Of a stretch of 64,000 nt of DNA, positions 61,575 through 64,000 are shown in pieces. Every line of letters begins with the position of its first letter. Position 1 is the first letter of the stretch. The stretch comes from Mobula hypostoma (taxonomy: Eukaryota). The stretch is taken from the NCBI RefSeq assembly GCF_963921235.1, contig NC_086109.1, positions 24,678,001 through 24,742,000 on the forward strand. Reading direction: 5' to 3'. The notes beneath the pieces are model-generated. The model saw only the letters and a list, made by a program, of their open reading frames with translations, was not told the origin of the DNA and ran no database searches. The position numbers and the translations under genes were made by a program.

Positions 61575-61862
61575 TTAAAAGTTAAGGTCTTCCCGAGCCT
61601 TATAGGCTCATCAGGCCGGTGCTTATGCCAGTTTCCATGGTGTGAAGCGACTCAGAGTACAGGACTCCCCCCTGGATAGGACTCCAGTGAATTGCAGGGT
61701 TAACCCCCAGCATTTTGCCGGTACCCATTTTCAGCTGGGTAGACTGGAGCATTGTGTGGTTAAGTGCCTTGCTCAAGGATACAACATGCTGACTTGGCTG
61801 GGGCTCGAACTCACGACCTTCAGATCGCTAGCTCAACGCTTTAACTACTTGGCCACGCGCCA
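61575..61862 (-). mobile_element. tRNA/CORE-like SINE with alternative body
   Basis: Head TGGCGCGTGGCCAAGTAGTTAAAG...GTTCGAGCCCC as in the 9605 family; body ACCCAGCTGAAAATGGGTACC differs; perfect 15-bp TSD CCACCAAGGCAATAG at 61560-61574 and 61863-61877. Confidence 0.88.
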
Positions 61863-62198
61863 CCACCAAGGCAATAGGGGAAAGTAAATTCATGGGCATA
61901 ATAAAAAAAACATACTATTAATGGTAATCACAAACTTGTTGTAAAACCCATTGTACTCCTCAACATATTTCAAAGATAGAAACTTGATCCCTTGACAAAT
62001 ATTGACTTGTTTTTACGTTGAACATCCCTGAACCAGTGTTACAAGTTACTCAGTGGTATCAAAATATTGAGATGTGATTTTTTCTGCCACAACCCCTTGT
62101 ACAAATATAATTGGCCAATCCCAATCCAATCAAGCCTCAAGACACAATAGTTTCATATAGGGTGGATAACCAAGCCAACATCACATATCCCATGTGCA

Positions 62199-62409
62199 AA
62201 CAACAGGAATTCAGCAGATGCTGGAAATTCAAGCAACACACATCAAAGTTGCTGGTGAACGCAGCAGGTCAGGCAGCATCTCTAGGAAGAGGTACAGTCG
62301 ACGTTTCAGGCCAAGACCCTTCGTCCTGATGAAGAGTCTCGGCCTGAAACGTCGACTGTACCTCTTCCTAGAGATGCTGCCTGGCCTGTTGCATTCACCA
62401 GCAACTTTG
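62199..62409 (-). mobile_element. Penelope-terminus palindromic insertion (84-bp arms)
   Basis: 62242-62325 pairs with 62328-62411 (6 mismatches); 14-bp TSD ATATCCCATGTGCA at 62185-62198 and 62410-62423. Confidence 0.93.
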
Positions 62410-62726
62410 ATATCCCATGTGCATTACTTAAAAATAGTCAGTCTGGCAAAATCTGACCTAAGCCCAAAGACATATAATATTTTGACACCCAAACCAATTC
62501 ATTGATTGATTTTCAATATTGTTTGAGACCCCATGTGATTTAGAAGTCCTATTCTCACAATGGACTGCAATATTATGGGCTGGTGTCATACACTCTTCAT
62601 TGGACAGATAGGAAGCTAGTAGGTCAACCATTTTGTTGACGTGACCATTATAAAGCCATGGATTCCTTCAGCCTCATAACTTCAATACTTTAAACGTTCC
62701 CTATTATATCATAGCTTTACCTCTGT

Positions 62727-62727
<1 letters not shown>

Positions 62728-62760
<33 letters not shown>
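62728..62760 (+). repeat. (CT)n microsatellite
   Basis: Direct reading. Confidence 0.95.
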
Positions 62761-62762
<2 letters not shown>

Positions 62763-63711
62763 GCTGTTTTTCTCTCTCTACCTTTGGCAATTGACATCAA
62801 CATGAAATATGATTCAGAGCTGAGGAACCTGTCTGTTTTGAACATTTTCTGTCACAATTAGCATTGCCTTTGAGGAGGAAAGAAATTAATGATGAGGCAG
62901 TTTTATGCCAAGATAGTTTTAAATCCAATTAACTTTAAGTTGGCCGTCACTAAAATAAACTCAGCAACTGCCAAATTAATTTATTAATTCATTTATTGAC
63001 AATATTTCTAATTACACTTTATCACATTTTTGGGAGATAAAGTATTACCTCATTAATTAAAATTCAATTTGTGGGAGGTTGATTGTAAGACACCATCACA
63101 GGGCCACTAATCATTTATTGCTTCCTTTTCTCTCTAATCCTTTGAAAACTCATATCCATTACTTTAAACAAACTAACTGGGAAATCTGGAATCCCAAAAG
63201 TCTGTCAGTCTTTCAAGGAGATCGGTGGGTTTTTCCTTGATAAAATTATCAAGATATCTGGAGGGAAGACAGACAAATGGAATTAGGGGTCAATCATGAT
63301 CTGATTGAAAAGTGGTACAGAATGGAGGGGCTGAATGGCCAACATGCTAGGAAGAGTAGGTTTCAGCTATCATGCAGCTCTCTTAATTCACATTTTCTTC
63401 ATATCAGACAACAATTTTCCTCATTTTACATTTACCTGTGATTAATTTCTAAGATTGTCATTTTCTCTCCCAGGAATTGGAATCGCACTATGTGATATCT
63501 GCAATGAAGAATGGATTAACCAAGGATACATTAAGTAGAAACATATCAACTGGCAACCTGGAACATTTTAAGATAAACTGTGGAAACCTGAGATTAAATT
63601 GTCATGAGAACCAGAATAATGTGCTTGGGAAAATTTAACACAATAACTGAGTGGTAAAACTGGGAGCATGGTAACGAGGAACATGAACCATGGTAACATG
63701 AAAAGAAGGAA

Positions 63712-64000
63712 TAATCAGAATCAGGTTTATTATCACCAGCATGTGACGTGAAATTTGTTAACAGCAGCAGCAGTTCAATGCAGTACACAATATAGAAAAG
63801 AAACAAATAAATAAAATAAATAATAATAATAATAAATAATAAATTACAGTATACATAGATTTAAAAACATGCAAAAAAAATGGAAATACTGTATATTTTA
63901 AAAAGTGAGGTAGTGTCCAAGGGTTCAATGTCCATTTAGGAATCGGATGGCAGAGGGGAAGAAGCTGTTCCTGAATCGCTGAGTGTGTGGCTTCAGGTTT
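63712..64000 (-). mobile_element. Rex1/Babar 3' end running off the window
   Basis: AATCAGAATCAGGTTTATTATCAC tail; 63905-64000 matches 46133-46228. Confidence 0.85.

Noticed and set aside
61590..61620. Hammerhead in the SINE tail (minus strand CUGAUGAGCCUAUAAGGC)
   Set aside because: Stem II is not followed by GAAA, so the core is incomplete

Overview
Eukaryotic, repeat-dense non-coding DNA. The repeat content (CR1/HER1-type LINEs, Rex1/Babar LINEs, V-SINE/HE1-like SINEs, Penelope-like elements) suggests a cartilaginous fish, probably a ray (inference). I recognise no host protein-coding gene. Every ORF with a recognisable product is retrotransposon-derived: CR1 RT (27781-29214), CR1 ORF1 zinc-finger/esterase plus APE (about 21036-22855), Rex1/Babar pieces, an L1 C-terminus, and Penelope RT/GIY-YIG (6944-7627, 30140-31940). 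The most striking structure is a set of Penelope-derived insertions with 11-14 bp target-site duplications (TSDs) whose terminus carries a minimal type-I hammerhead ribozyme motif (stem I-CUGAYGA-stem II-GAAA-CG-UH-stem I). Several short copies are truncated at the ribozyme and folded back into palindromes, including a perfect 98+1+98 bp palindrome at 27468-27664 inserted in a CR1. Also present: a modular tRNA/CORE-like SINE family with two alternative bodies, three tiny hAT MITEs, a multi-layer nested insertion stack, and AT-rich unique islands that may be conserved non-coding elements or exons of a non-coding transcript (low confidence). Boundaries of old repeats are approximate and all alignments were done by eye.
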